64,000 bases of DNA from Vicugna vicugna (lineage: Eukaryota): assembly GCA_013265495.1 (NCBI GenBank), contig MU058844.1, forward strand, positions 1,308,941 through 1,372,940, in the 5' to 3' direction. This document shows positions 40,341 to 52,714 of this stretch, piece after piece. The translations under genes were made by a program, and so were the position numbers. Below the pieces are notes generated by a model. That model was not told where the DNA came from and did not search any database. It was given only the letters and a program-made list of their open reading frames with translations. Position 1 is the stretch's first letter, and each line of letters begins with the position of its first letter.

Positions 40341-42379
40341 TAAAGTTAATCTTTCAGCTGTTCTCAAAACACACCTCAATTCAGCTTGGTCTAGACCAGA
40401 CCTAACTCTTAAATGAGAAATATTCTTAAGTGAGTAATGTTTGTTGAACTATCTTTCTCCATGTTCAGTTTCTGGACACCAGTGTGCCAGGCAGAGCTTT
40501 CAGAGCTGCATCGGAGTGGCTTCTTAAATTCTAAGCGCAGCAGAGGTGGGAGAAGAGCTGAGCCAACAGGTGCATTCACACCAAGCTGGGAGCTGAACCC
40601 TCCCTAGATTCTAACTCATCTCTTAATCTGCCTGAGTGCTCCCAAGTTGGCCTGTTGGGAGTTACCTTCTGGCTCTGATTTGCTTCCTGAGACTTGGCAA
40701 ATGGAGAGAGTTTCTTGCCAGTCACCCTGACCATGTGCATTTCGTAGCCTCTATTTTCACTGAATCACAGGACAGGAATGGAATAGGGAGAGGCAGCTCC
40801 TTCAGGGGAAGGGCAGGAGAGGCCCCATCTCAACTAGGAGAGTGTCCTGGGTTGGAATCCCTACTCCTATTATCACCTCTTTAACCTTAGGTGAGTCCCT
40901 TACCCTCTCTGAGACCCATTTGATTTAGTATATATCTCATGGAATTATTACAAAAGTGTGATAACTTAGCTTCAAACTATTTGAAAACCCATTGCAAGAT
41001 GTCTGGCCCTCAATAAGCATTAGTTGAATTTGAGTCTAAATCTAAAGCCTTTCATAGCCAGCCTCTAGAAAAAAAATTTCCTTTTGATCTTTGGCAGCAC
41101 CTCCAGAAAAGGAATATTCTATGTTGCCCACAAACTTGCCCTCATTTGCCAGAGTGGATTTGGATATGTATTTTCAGTTTCATCATGTCTAATTCCTTCC
41201 AAAAAAAGACTTACCCACCTTTTACTCCTCTTCCTCTACCAACCAGGGATCTTTCTCTTAAATTTCCAGCCTCTTCTAGCAGTGCTATGCACATCTGTAT
41301 TTTCAGCCAAGATTTCTACCCTTCCTCATCCTGCCCCCACCCCTCACCAGTCCTCGAATTGTTCCTTTCTTACTTTGGCCCTGTAGGATAACCTCATTCT
41401 ATTATAAACAAACTCCATTATCTAGGCACCATGGGGAATGTGAAAGTGAAATGCACCCGTGCTGGCTACTGCAGTTGTCTAAGCTTTTTTTCACTCTTTT
41501 CAATCCCCAATTTCATAATTCCTGTCTTGGCACATAACTACATCTCTCAGTCTGCTGTGCGATACAGGATTATTTCTCTGTAATTTTCCACAAACACATT
41601 TTACCTGTTCCAAAAGAGAAAATATTACTTTTTTCTTACCTATAGAACTCTCCGAAATCTTTATACAATGCTTCTAACTAAGAATGTTGCTGTTCAAAAG
41701 CTGGTGGTAGGAAAAAGTTGAAGGTGTATCATTAAATCCAGGAAAAGTTCATGTGCAGGTGACAGATGAAATAGAAGCAGTCTCTTGGCATTTGTGGGGC
41801 TCCTTGGCTAGGATTTAGAGTAAGAATGGACTTTTCACTCAGATGAAAGCCCATTCATTTTCTTCTCTAGCTCTGGAAATAATGGCTTCCTCTAGCTAGG
41901 TAAATAACTTTAAAAAAAAACGAGAAGGGATGTTTCAAAGTGTTTGGTTTAATGTCATCAGATGGCATGTGAGAGTCATTATTTAAGACAGAATATAATG
42001 TTTAATAATGTATTAATCCACATCTTAGAGACTGTTATATGATTTTGCTGTTCCACAAAACTGAAATTACAATCTCTGATAGACTGAGATATTGCCCTTA
42101 CAGAGTTACTACCAACAGTAAGGTTTGGCTTGGCATAAAGCTCTTCATGCATGTCTTTTTCTTTTATTTCAACTTTTTTCAAGAAGTAATCTGTCCAGTT
42201 CTCTTTTCTTACATGTAGAGAAACCTGCATTGTTAGTTAATACTTACCGAACGTGGTGTTTTGGGTCCTGAGGAGACGAATCTAATGCATGACGTTTCCT
42301 CCACTTTAAATGCTGGTATGCTATGATGATCTTTAGTGCCGTCGATCCTAAAAGTTATGTCAAGCCTAGATGTGGCATC

Positions 42380-43072
42380 CAGTATAACTGGTTTCTCTCT
42401 ATGCTGGGATCCCTGCTGATACTGCTCCTGGAGCTGCCTTTAAAAATCAAAGGTCTTGTCATTGTGTCACTTAAAATCCTGTATTAGCACCAACATCGTA
42501 GAGTACCTATCCGTCAGCATTTCACCCATGACCTTTCCTGAGCACCTGCTGGCCTACCTCTACCTTTCCAGTTCCTTCTCCTACCACCCTGTTTTTGCAT
42601 GTGATGTCCCAGCCCAAGCAAAGTATTTGTGATTCTGTAAACACACCAAATCCTTCAGTTTCCATGCTTTTTCATCACAGTCCTGGAATGTCCCCCCTTG
42701 ATTATATACCCACCACCACCCACCTCCTTCTGAGCAGCACTTTACTGTCCTTCAATTAAAGAATGGCTTCTCTCTTAAAAAAATGAAAATAAAAAAGATG
42801 CCTCTTTTCCAAATCCTTTTTGATTCTTCAGTCCTTGAGTAGATTATGTCCTTCCCTTCCGTCTCTCCTTCGTGCTACCCTAGTGCCTTAGAGTTTGTGT
42901 GCACCTCTGTTACAGCACATTACACATTGCCCTGTAATGGTTAGCCTGCCCCACTCCCTGACTTGTCTCTTACAAATTTGAGTCAAGGGCTGTGCTTATT
43001 CATCACTGTCTCCCCAGTGAAAGGCCAATCAGCATTGAGTAGTCACTCAAAAACTATTTGGTGAATTAATGG
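42380..43072 (+). mobile_element. L2 3' portion
   Basis: tcctggaatgtcccc...ctgttacagcacattacacattg...ttattcatcactgtctccccagtg...cactcaaaaactatttggtgaattaatg. Confidence 0.75.
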
Positions 43073-43599
43073 TCTATATTTTTACCATCAAGGCTGAGAA
43101 ATCAGGAGCATTTTTTACAAAACTGGAACTGGAGCAACCTGAATACAAAACAGCAAATGAAGGAAATGCTCCAGGGGCAACAGGCTTCTTCATTGTTGGA
43201 AGAGGGCGCTCAATGAATTACTCATTTTTACTAGGAATTATATTTAAGTTTTATGAATGTTTGAAAACAGTAACTCAGATTTTTAGATTCAAATTAATGT
43301 TAATATTTAATAAGACTTGAAGAACACTACTTCTAAGGTATCTCAATAAAATTGTTAAAAAATTTTTAAATTTCAAGAACAAAAATATAACCCATAAGAA
43401 GCCTATCAGCATATCATGCACTATATAGGGCTGTGCTGGAAACTGTAACAAAAAGAACTGAAAGCTCAGAACTGACCACCAACAAGAAATAATAAAAAGT
43501 CAGAAACAAATTATTTAAATGTAGGTAAGCCAGTTGTTTACTAATTATTACTGATTTTAATTAAGTATGGGGCCATGTGCTTTCATGTATCGGCGATAT

Positions 43600-43840
43600 T
43601 CTATCGAGGAGCTTAGATTCCGGAGTCATCCTGCCTGGGTTCAAAATGCAGCCCTGCCACTTTCTTTAGATTTGAAATCTTAAACAAGGTAATCGACCAT
43701 CTATGTCTCAATTTCCTCATCAGCAAAATGGAGCTAATAATAGTAATTATCTCATAGGGTTAATGTAAGAATTAAATTAGAAAATCTACCTAAACAACTT
43801 AGCAATCAATTTTCAGTAATCATTAGCTGTTATTATAATT
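43600..43840 (+). mobile_element. MIR SINE
   Basis: ggagtcatcctgcctgggttcaaaa...tctcaatttcctcatcagcaaaatggag...cattagctgttattat. Confidence 0.85.
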
Positions 43841-44191
43841 TGCCTAGTTAAAAGAAAAAAGACGAGTGTACTTACAAGAAGATGGAGAATGGTTCAATAC
43901 CCGACAGCATCTTATAATACAATAGAGCTAGGACGTCTGAAGTGTAGATTCTCAGAACCTGTTTAAAATTTTAGTCCTTCAAGAAGGGTTGGGAAGAAAG
44001 GAATAGAATTCTTCTAGAATTCCAGAATGACTTCACTAATTGCCCCCATATGGTAGAGGAGGAACCACAGTGAACAGCAGGATAGTGAATGCAGAATGGC
44101 AAACTGACTCTACATCAGCTTCAGAGTTAGTTTCTCCTATTTGGGTGCTTTCCTTCAGCTGTACAGAAGAAGAAAAACAACAACAACAAAA

Positions 44192-44536
44192 ATGAGAGTG
44201 GCCACCAGAGGCAGTGGGGTGGGAGGAAGGGTGGGCAAAATGGGTGAAGGAAGTCGAAAGGTACAAACTTCCAGTTATAAAATAAATAGGTTCTGGGGAT
44301 GTAATGTACAGCTTGTTGGCTATAATTACCAGACCTGTATTTTATATTTGAACATTGCTAAGATAGGAGATCTTAGAAGTTCTCAGTACAAGAAAAAAAA
44401 ATTGTAACTATGTGTAGTGATGGATGTTAACCAGACATATTGTGGTGATCATTTCAAAATATGTAGAAATATCAAACCGTTATATTGTATACCTAAAACT
44501 ACTATAATGTGTCTATTATAATTCAATTTTTAAAAA
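44192..44536 (+). mobile_element. L1MA9/10-like 3' end
   Basis: aaaggtacaaacttccagttataaaataaat...gtaactatgtgtagtgatggatgttaa...tgtggtgatcatttc. Confidence 0.88.
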
Positions 44537-44687
44537 TGTAAGATAAGAACTAGAAAGGAAGTGGATTTCTAACATGAACAACCACAAAACATTTATTTGT
44601 TGCAGCTATCATATAAATGGTCAATATTAATAGATTCTAATATTCTTCCCAAATATTAGAAAACTCAAGAGTTTTCCAAAGTGGAGG

Positions 44688-44994
44688 TTTCTTTCCTTTC
44701 CTTTCCTTTCCTCTCTTTCTTTTCTTNNNNNNNNNNNNNNNNNNNNNNNNNNNNNNNNNNNNNNNNNNNNNNNNNNNNNNNNNNNNNNNNNNNNNNNNNN
44801 NNNNNNNNNNTTTCTTTCTTCTTTCTCTGTCTTTCTTTCTCTTTCTTTCTTTCTTTCTTTTTCTTTTCATTTCTTTTCTTTTCTTTCTTTCTTTCTTTTT
44901 CTTTCTTTCTCTTTCTTTCTTTCTTTCTTTTTCTTTTCATTTCTTTTCTTTTCTTTCTTTCTTTCTTTTTCTTTCTTTCTCTCTCTTTCTTTCT
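44688..44994. repeat. (CTTT)n-type polypyrimidine microsatellite spanning the assembly gap
   Basis: Read directly from the sequence; contains a perfect 70-bp tandem duplication. Confidence 0.95.
44727..44810. other. Assembly gap (84 N)
   Basis: Run of N. Confidence 0.99.
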
Positions 44995-46983
44995 ATTATT
45001 GTTGTTGCTGCTACTCCTGAGAAATTATTCCTTTTTTTAGTTTGTTTACTATGTCTGTGAGCAATTTTTTTTAAAGTTGGTGTCAAATGTAATTAGCACC
45101 ACAACAGAATTTTATTTTTTATTAAAAAATGTTTCTGCTTCTGGATTTTGCTTGTAGTCATATGGGATAGTTAGAATTTGATTTTCCTTATGTAAAATTT
45201 TCCTTTCTGTATTTCTGCTTGGTGATAGATAGATCTCTTCATTTTGATGTCACTTTGAAAGCTTGTTCTTCCATTTAGGTCAGTTTTCCTTTATCTACTT
45301 GGTGCATGTCTCTCTTGCCAATTTATTATTGTTGTTGCTGCTACTCCTGAGAAAATGAAACCCCCAAGGTCTCACCATGGGATTTTGGAGCTCTTCCCCA
45401 TAGGAGCTGGTTCTAGAAAGGCCTCACCACTGCAGCAGACCAGTCCTAGAGGTTTTGAAGGCTAGCGATGTGGGACATATTACTTTTCACTCTGTTTTCT
45501 AGAGAACCTTAAGTTAAAGATAGTCTCAGGCTCTCTCCCCACTAAGAAAAGGAGGTGATAACAATCAAAGTCGTCTCAAATAGTTGATGGCAGATCCAAA
45601 TTTAAAGCCCATTGACTAGCAAACTGAGAGTCAATGGCAGGGCTCCAGGAGCAAAACCAAATCAATCCAGAAAAAAAAGAGTCTGAGCAGCAAAAATCAG
45701 GGATGAGTGAGTGGAGAGGGGCAGAAAGTATCAAGTGCACAATGATTCATGATCTTTCCTTTGTACAGTTTTCTCTCAAGTGCGTTTGAGTTTCTTGATT
45801 TCACTAGCTTCCTACCATCGTTAGCTGGAAATCCTGAGGTTTATCTAAGGGTTTCTTAGTTCTCTGGCAAATTCAAATTAAAATAAAACAAAATAACAAC
45901 CAAAAACAAATCTGCTCCCCCCCCCAAATTAATTCAGATTTCCTTGGACAGTAGAGTAGAACAGAGAATTATCTCTACACACTTGTCTTTATAGACTGAG
46001 AAAAAGAGTAACATTTGAATAAAAACTCAGTGGTAGAATGAGCCATAAATTTACCATCATAGAATTATGTGGGCAAAGAAAAAAACTTCTTTGCTTTACT
46101 GTAATTGATCAACCCTAAGCCCACTGGGAGATGAGGAGGCAGACTTTAAATGTACCAAGTAATGGTGTCCCGATACATTTCCATTTAAATAGTAGTCTCT
46201 TTTGAATGACTCATTGTATTTCAGGTAATTTATCAGTCTTTTAGATTTTTCTTTCCTTCCTGCTCATCTTCCAGATGTCATCTGTGTATAGGCAGGGTGT
46301 GGTGGGTGACAGCTCCTAATTTGATAGACCTGGTAGGTGACCTCCAATCTGTAGATTGTCAGAAGTTTCCTGCCATGAAGTTGCTAATCTGGTCTAGATT
46401 CTGGACTATCATCAGCTGAGATACGCCTTGTTCCTCCCAGTTTATAACTTACAATTCACATCTAAATTCTGAATTGGCAGCATGCAGTCTCATTCTTCCA
46501 GTTGCAAGACTCAGCTGCAAGACTCACACACTGTCAGCACTTCTCTCTCACCTCAGCACGGCATTTGGGAACATTTGTAGTCCCTGCAAACCTGCTTAGG
46601 CTTGTCAGGAGGCAGGGGAACATTTCAGGCTCATCTGTTGAGTTTTCTCCCTCTACCAATAAGGCGTTACTACTGCTACGTCATGCTGGACACAGCTCCA
46701 TGCCACAAGCTAGGGTCTCAACAAACAAACAAACAAAACCAAAAAAAACAACTTCTACCAACCTCCCTCAGGGTATCCTGGTGAAGTAGTCCACCAATAC
46801 AGATGCTTTAAGAAAGGCCTTCCACATCAAAATGAATTTTCCATGGTTTCCCTTGGTCAAGATTCTAGCCCAAGAGGGAGAAATTGATGCTAAGACTTAG
46901 ATACAGATAGCAGGTTTCTTTCCTCTCTTTCTATTTTCACTCTCCTTCCATGTATCATTGGTGTAGAAAGAGCAGGTTTTCTC

Positions 46984-47295
46984 CTTTTTTTTTTTTAATT
47001 GATGTATAGTCCATTTACCATGTGTGTTTCTGGTGTACAGCATGTTTCAGTCATACATATACATACATATATTCCTTTTCATATTTTTCATTATAGGGTA
47101 CTACAAGATATTGAATATAGTTCCGTGTGCTATACAGAATAAATTAATTTTTTATCTATTTTATGTATAAGTTAGTATTTGCTTATCTTTAACTCCCAAT
47201 TTATCCCTTCCCAACCCCTTTCCCCCTGGTAACCATAAGTTTGTTTACTATGTCTGTGAGTCTGTTTCTGTTTTGTAGATAAATTTATTAGTGTC
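46984..47295 (-). mobile_element. Young cetartiodactyl/camelid-type L1 3' end
   Basis: Poly-T, then aattgatgtatagt...tttctggtgtacagca...tacaagatattgaatatagttcc...ggtaaccataagtttg. Confidence 0.9.
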
Positions 47296-47909
47296 TTCCT
47301 AAGTTTTGTCCTTCATTCAATCTCTAGAATGAGTTTCCCTAAGTCATAGTATCCTTCTTCCTAAGGGCACTCAGCCTCACAGTGCAGTCTAAATGGTAGA
47401 AAGGGAATCTTCCCTGTGCTCTAGAAGAAACTCCATGGTCTTGTAGGCTAGGCCTGCCTTTTCATGTTAATGGTAACTAAGAGAGGTTAGAAATAAATCC
47501 TTTGTTCATTGCAAAGCCTGTTTTCAAAACTTCTGTCCTGCTAAAGATACTAATTTTTCTACTCTGCATCTTAATTAAGGACAGAATATTTACTCCACCT
47601 TTTCTTTGAATTCCTGTTAGGAAACAATCCTGATCTTCCTCGAGGCAAATGGATGCCCTTTTCAGAATAAAAAGGAAAGTTTTGTATCAGAAAAAGTAAA
47701 AGAAAATGCACATCCAGTTTGCTTTTGTAAAATACGGTAATTTTTGTATCATTCTCCTTTACTTCCTCTCCTCTGTCTTTTCTCTCACCTTTCCTTTTAA
47801 TTCTTTGAATTATCTGAACCAGAGAGTACCATTTTGTGATGTTTTTTATTTGCTAAATGTATTAAATATATTTGGATGCATTTGCTCTTTTGATATGTTC
47901 TGGAAAAGG

Positions 47910-48085
47910 ATAATATACTGGAGTGATTAAGAGCTCACCTCAAGCACTGAGTCACAGAGGGCTGGATTCAAATTCCTGTCCTAACACATTCCCTTGAGCA
48001 AATCATTTTGCCTCACCAAGCCCCTATTGCCTCATCTTAAAAATTAAGATAACAATATTTATATGATGATATAGTTGTGAAGATA
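47910..48085 (+). mobile_element. MIR SINE
   Basis: gagtgattaagagc...ggattcaaattcctg...ccttgagcaaatcattt...cctcatcttaaaa. Confidence 0.75.
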
Positions 48086-49365
48086 GTATCAGGCATCTCA
48101 ATCTTAACATGTCCAAAATTACACTCTTGATTTTCCACCCTAGAAAACTATTCATCCTCCGATACTTCCTTCTTCCAAGTGCTCAAGACAAAAACGTTCA
48201 GATCATCCTTGGCTCTTCTTTTATTCATATCACATCTGAATCCCCAGAAAATCCTGTTACTGTGCTAAATATGTGTAGAATCCTTATCATCTTGACTTCT
48301 AACACTTTGGTCCCAGGAAAAATGACCCATCATTTAGTTTAGGTAGAAGTTGTTACTACATCAGAATATCTCAGGTGTTTAACACCAGAGATGTTTGACA
48401 CACTTGATCTGTGAGCAAGCTGTCATCCAAGGAGTGATTCTGGGATCCATCTCCTTTATCCTTATGGCTCTACACCTTCAACATTGGCATTCAAGCTGTA
48501 ACAGCAAGAGAGCATAGGGGGTTAACCATGAGAGGTTTTGTGGGCCAGGCCTGAACGTGGCATCCATCACTTTTACTCACATTACATTAGTCAGAACCCA
48601 GTTGGATGGTCCTACTGAACTACAAAGGAAGATGGGAAAAATGAAGAGGAAATGGGTTTGGTAGATAGGTAAGCGATCTCTGCCACTGTCTTTCTAGACA
48701 TTAATTGCAAACATTTTCTAATGAGTTTTCCTTTTTTACCTTTGTGTTTCTACCATGTTTTCTCAATATATCAACCTGATGAGTTTTTAAAAACTTAATC
48801 ATGTCCCTTCTTTGTGCAAAACCTTTCAATGACTTTCCATCTCCTGTTAATTCCAAAGTCTTTATCATGACCTCAAGGCTTTATATGATCGACCTCCCAC
48901 CCACTTCCTTGACTCATTTCTTACCATTCTCCTCCCTTAGTCACTCCACTACAGCCACACTGGCTGCCGTACCCTCCCTCCCACATGCCAGGCCCGTCCA
49001 TATTTTCTCATCCCTCTGCTTAGAACACTCTTCCCCTTAGATACTCTCAGGGCTGCCTCTCTTACTGCCTTCAGATCTATGTTTGAATGTCATCTTATTA
49101 AACAGCCTTTGTTGAATAGCCTTTCTGAGCTGATGCTCTCACCCCCCTTTCTCTTCATTCCCTTTTATATCACATTTAACACATTATGTATTTGTTTCTT
49201 TGCTGATTGTCTCTGTTCCAAGATGAGAATGTCTTTCCTCATGGGCCAAGAAACTTTGTTTCATCCCCAGCCCCTTGGTGCTAAGAACAAGGCACGGAGA
49301 AAGGGCTCAACAAATATATACATTTTTTAATTATTGAAAATGTAAATGTATGAATGAGTGGATGA
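48086..49365 (+). mobile_element. L2a, interrupted by an MLT1 LTR
   Basis: caggcatctcaatcttaacatgtccaaaa...actccactacagccacactggc...ctcaacaaatat...tgaatgagtggatgaat. Confidence 0.85.
48345..48686 (-). mobile_element. MLT1I/J-like MaLR solo LTR
   Basis: ggccaggcctgaacgtggcatccatcacttttactcacatt...aactacaaaggaagatgggaaa...tctctgccac. Confidence 0.75.
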
Positions 49366-50934
49366 ATTGCTTAGCACGTAACCTGGCAAAAAGTCATTGA
49401 TTCAACACTAGTATTGCTAATACCAAGTGTTTCCCTTAGATGGAGAAGAATGGGGTTTTTTTCTATTTTTTTCATATTTTGTTTTCATGATTTTAAAAAA
49501 ATGCAAATACAAGACTGATTTCTTCCTCGTGCTCTCTCATCATTCTTAACAAGACTCTATTCTTTCAACTTTTCGTCTTTATACTTCCTCTTCAATATAC
49601 AAATGTATCCTACACCTATAGAATGAGGTGGGAGTAGGGTTACAGACGGGGAAGAAAGAATAATTTATAATGCAACATGCTGCTACAAGGCCAGAAAAAT
49701 TAAGTGATCACATCTTATGCTAAAAAGGAATTTCTGCTTGATTAAGTAAATTTTTAAATAGTTTGTATGTATATTCAGGGCCTCAAACTAAAGCAGTGAT
49801 AATCTCTGACTGAAAATAAGGTGAGAGAAATATGACTCTTCTTTTTTCCTTTACCATATATATATGTAAAACCTGAAAGCATTTGCAGAATATGTCAGAC
49901 TTTTCTCAAGCACAGTGTTTCACCTGATACAGCTCGTAGACAGGGAAAAAAATCACATTCTGAGACTAGTCTAATCGGGGATCAAAGGTAGCTCTAGAGT
50001 AGAAATTCTGAAGTGTGAAAAAGATATTAAAATGTGACTTTCAATTAGCTCAGAAATGAGCTCTAACACTCTCTAACTGACTTTGGAAATGATACCTTTT
50101 GTTCCTCCAATAATTGAGATGTCAAAGGGTAATTTGAGGCTACTGAGAAAAATTCATTGTCTGCTTTTGGTAACTTCTAAGCTAATTACTGGTACATAAT
50201 GAAAAATTACTAGATATCACTTAAATTTTTACAGGTAAAAACCATTCTTTAAAAAAACTATGATAGTAAGACTTTTCATATTCATTTTATAACTTTCTTC
50301 GAAAATGCCAAAATCTGTTCAAATCAGTAAAGCTTTTTCTTTGTGTATGGGTAGCTGTGAGGGAGGGTGAGGAAAACAGCTGAGAAAATTTTTGCAAAGT
50401 CCACTATTATATTAGTGAATATTTGCTGCATGGTGGGATGTGAATAACATCGATTTTCAAAACACATAGAACCTGCTAATTCTAGGGCAAAGTACTTGCA
50501 AAGGAAGAGACTATACGTTTGGAAACAATAACCTTCCTAGAGCACCTGCGGACCAGACATTCAGTTGCTCCATCAACTATCCTCAGGCAATGACAATAGG
50601 AACTACTTACTCACTCTTAATTGTCCCTTTCAGTTCCTGCAACTAAATGATGGTCACTCATCAGCTTAGAGATGAGTCTGTGTCACAACCATGTTGAACT
50701 TGCAAAGCAGCGTGTTAAGATGGAGTCAAGGGAGGACAAGAACAGATATGCAAGATGGTAAAATCATAATCACCCACAAGGAATTATGAGCATGAAATGA
50801 GTAAAAGTTCCATTCTAGAGAGTTATTGATAAGTTGGGAACAAAAGTCCATAGCCAGGGCTGTGGGCACAAGTTGGAAAGCAAACTTTAGTATAAGGGCT
50901 GGTTGATTTGGAGCACCTGGAGTCAGCAAACAAA

Positions 50935-51600
50935 TGTAAGTATGTCTAAGATACCTGGAAAGCCTATTGAAAATCTAAATTCCTAGGCTCTACTTCCAGT
51001 GATTTGACTCGGGAAGTCTGGGGTGGGGCCTGGGAATCTGTGTTTGAAACCTGCTTTCCAGGGGATTCTGATACAAGTGACTCTTTTTTTTTCATTTCTC
51101 ATTTTTATTAGGTAGAATTGTTACAGTTTGCACATATACAATGTATTGCATATAAACACATATACACAATATACTGCACATATTTTTAAAATTTACATAT
51201 ATGTACTGTTCATTGTTTCTAAGAACATTTAGAGCTTTAACTTTTTAAACTTACATAGTTACCAAAGGAATAAAGCCAACCACAAAATGAGAATTAATTC
51301 AAAAAGATACATACACCCTACTCTTAACAGCAACATTATTTATAATTGCCAAGATATGGAAGCATCGTAAGTGCACATCAATAGATGAATGGATAAAGAG
51401 GATACAGCCTATATATGTTACGGAATACAACTCACCCTTAAGAAAGAAGGATATTTTGCAGCCCTTCATTCACTTTTTTTCCACTTCAAAAACCAGAATT
51501 TTATAAGTGGCATAAACATTTCCACTGTATAAAAAAGAACAAAATACCTAGAAATAAACTTAACCAAAGAGGACTCTTGTGGCCACACTTGGAGGCAAAC
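50935..51600. mobile_element. MER5A-type hAT element interrupted by a retro-insertion (51086-51571)
   Basis: gtctggggtggggcctgggaatctgtgttt...ccaggggattctgatac, resuming as ggccacacttggag. Confidence 0.8.
51086..51571 (-). mobile_element. Chimeric retrotransposed insertion (polyadenylated non-L1 sequence plus opposite-strand L1 ORF2 pieces)
   Basis: TSD gactctt at 51079-51085 and 51572-51578; T9 tract; minus-strand AATAAA at 51104-51109; L1 pieces at ~51293-51462 and ~51531-51571. Confidence 0.7.
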
Positions 51601-52027
51601 ATTCAGCAAGTTCTTGTGTCACCACATGCTCATGACCGTGCCACCACTTCTCGTCCTCCCCATCCTCTGTCTCCTCATTTCTTTGTCATGCCCAGGCAAG
51701 TGAAGCTCTGTCTTGCTGGCCTGCATCTCCTCTGACTCCAGGTGCTCCAAATTGAGAAAAATATTCATCTTAAGCTTGTGGAAATAAGTATATAAAATCT
51801 TTGAGAACTATGTGACTTTACCTGTGTAAAATAATTAGGTAACTATTTTGCTTCATAGCATTTATATTAGTTGCAATTGGTTATTTATTAAATTATGTGG
51901 CAGTAACTCCCCTCAGTGATGGAGCCCAGTTGCATAAAATCAGTCTCAGCATTTAGTTAGCACTTATTTTAGTTGTCTGTAATCAACATTAGTTGGTATA
52001 TTACCACAGTGGTCATATTGTCTCAAG

Positions 52028-52241
52028 CAGGGTTTCTCAACCACTAGTGGCATTAGGGACTAGATAAATTATTCATTGCAGTGGACTATTCTGTGTATTT
52101 TAGGATGTTGAGCAGCATTCCTTATGACAGCCACGAGTATCTCCTGTATTCAGTACCATCACTCACCCAAGTAGTGACAGTCAAAAATGTTTCCAGGTAG
52201 AATAACCCTGGAGGACAGGAATAACCCGATTGAGAACCAAT
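52028..52241. mobile_element. MER20 hAT element
   Basis: cagggtttctcaacc...taggatgttgagcagcattcct...gtgacagtcaaaaatgtttccag...gattgagaacca. Confidence 0.85.
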
Positions 52242-52663
52242 TATATTGGGTTGAATAGTGATTCCTCAAACCATAAGTTCACCAGGAACTGACCTGTAAA
52301 CATGAACTTACTTAGAAAAAGAGTCTTTACAAATGTAGGTAAGGGTCTCAAGATAAGATAATCTTGGATTTATGTCGCCCATAAATCCAGTGACTGGTGT
52401 CTTTATAAAAGAGGCAGAGGAGACTGGAGAGTTACAGAGACTCTGACAGGGAAGTACTAAAGACATAGGCAGAAACTAGCATATGCCGCCAGAAATTAAG
52501 GAAATCTTTCAGCTATCAGAAGCCAGAAGAGGCAAGGAAGGATTCTCCCTCTGATGCCTTGAATTTGGACTTCTGGCCCCTAGAATTGTGAGAGAATAAA
52601 TTTCTGGTTTTAAGTGACCAGGTTTGTGGTTATTTGTGATTGCAGCCGTAAGAAAATAACATA
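52242..52663 (+). mobile_element. MLT1C-like MaLR solo LTR
   Basis: tgggttgaatagtg...taaatccagtgactggtgtctttataa...gaggcaaggaaggattctcc...gacttctggcccctagaattgtgagagaataaatttctg. Confidence 0.9.
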
Positions 52664-52714
52664 CCACTGGTCTCAGGGTGAAGAGATGCTTCAATTCATA
52701 TTATGTGTACAATT

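Noticed and set aside
40122..40343. Leu/Pro-rich ORF resembling a signal peptide or membrane protein
   Set aside because: It is the translation of a (CTA/CCA)n repeat at the end of a MIR.
44199..44216. CTCF-like motif tggccaccagaggcagtg
   Set aside because: One base short of the core spacing and part of the L1 3'UTR consensus region.
44637..45040. Lys/Arg/Glu-rich and Phe/Ser/Leu-rich ORFs
   Set aside because: Translations of the (CTTT)n microsatellite and the N gap.
46208..50240. Further AG|GT motifs at 46224 and 50234 as recursive splice sites
   Set aside because: Short pyrimidine tracts and weak donors; expected by chance in AT-rich DNA.
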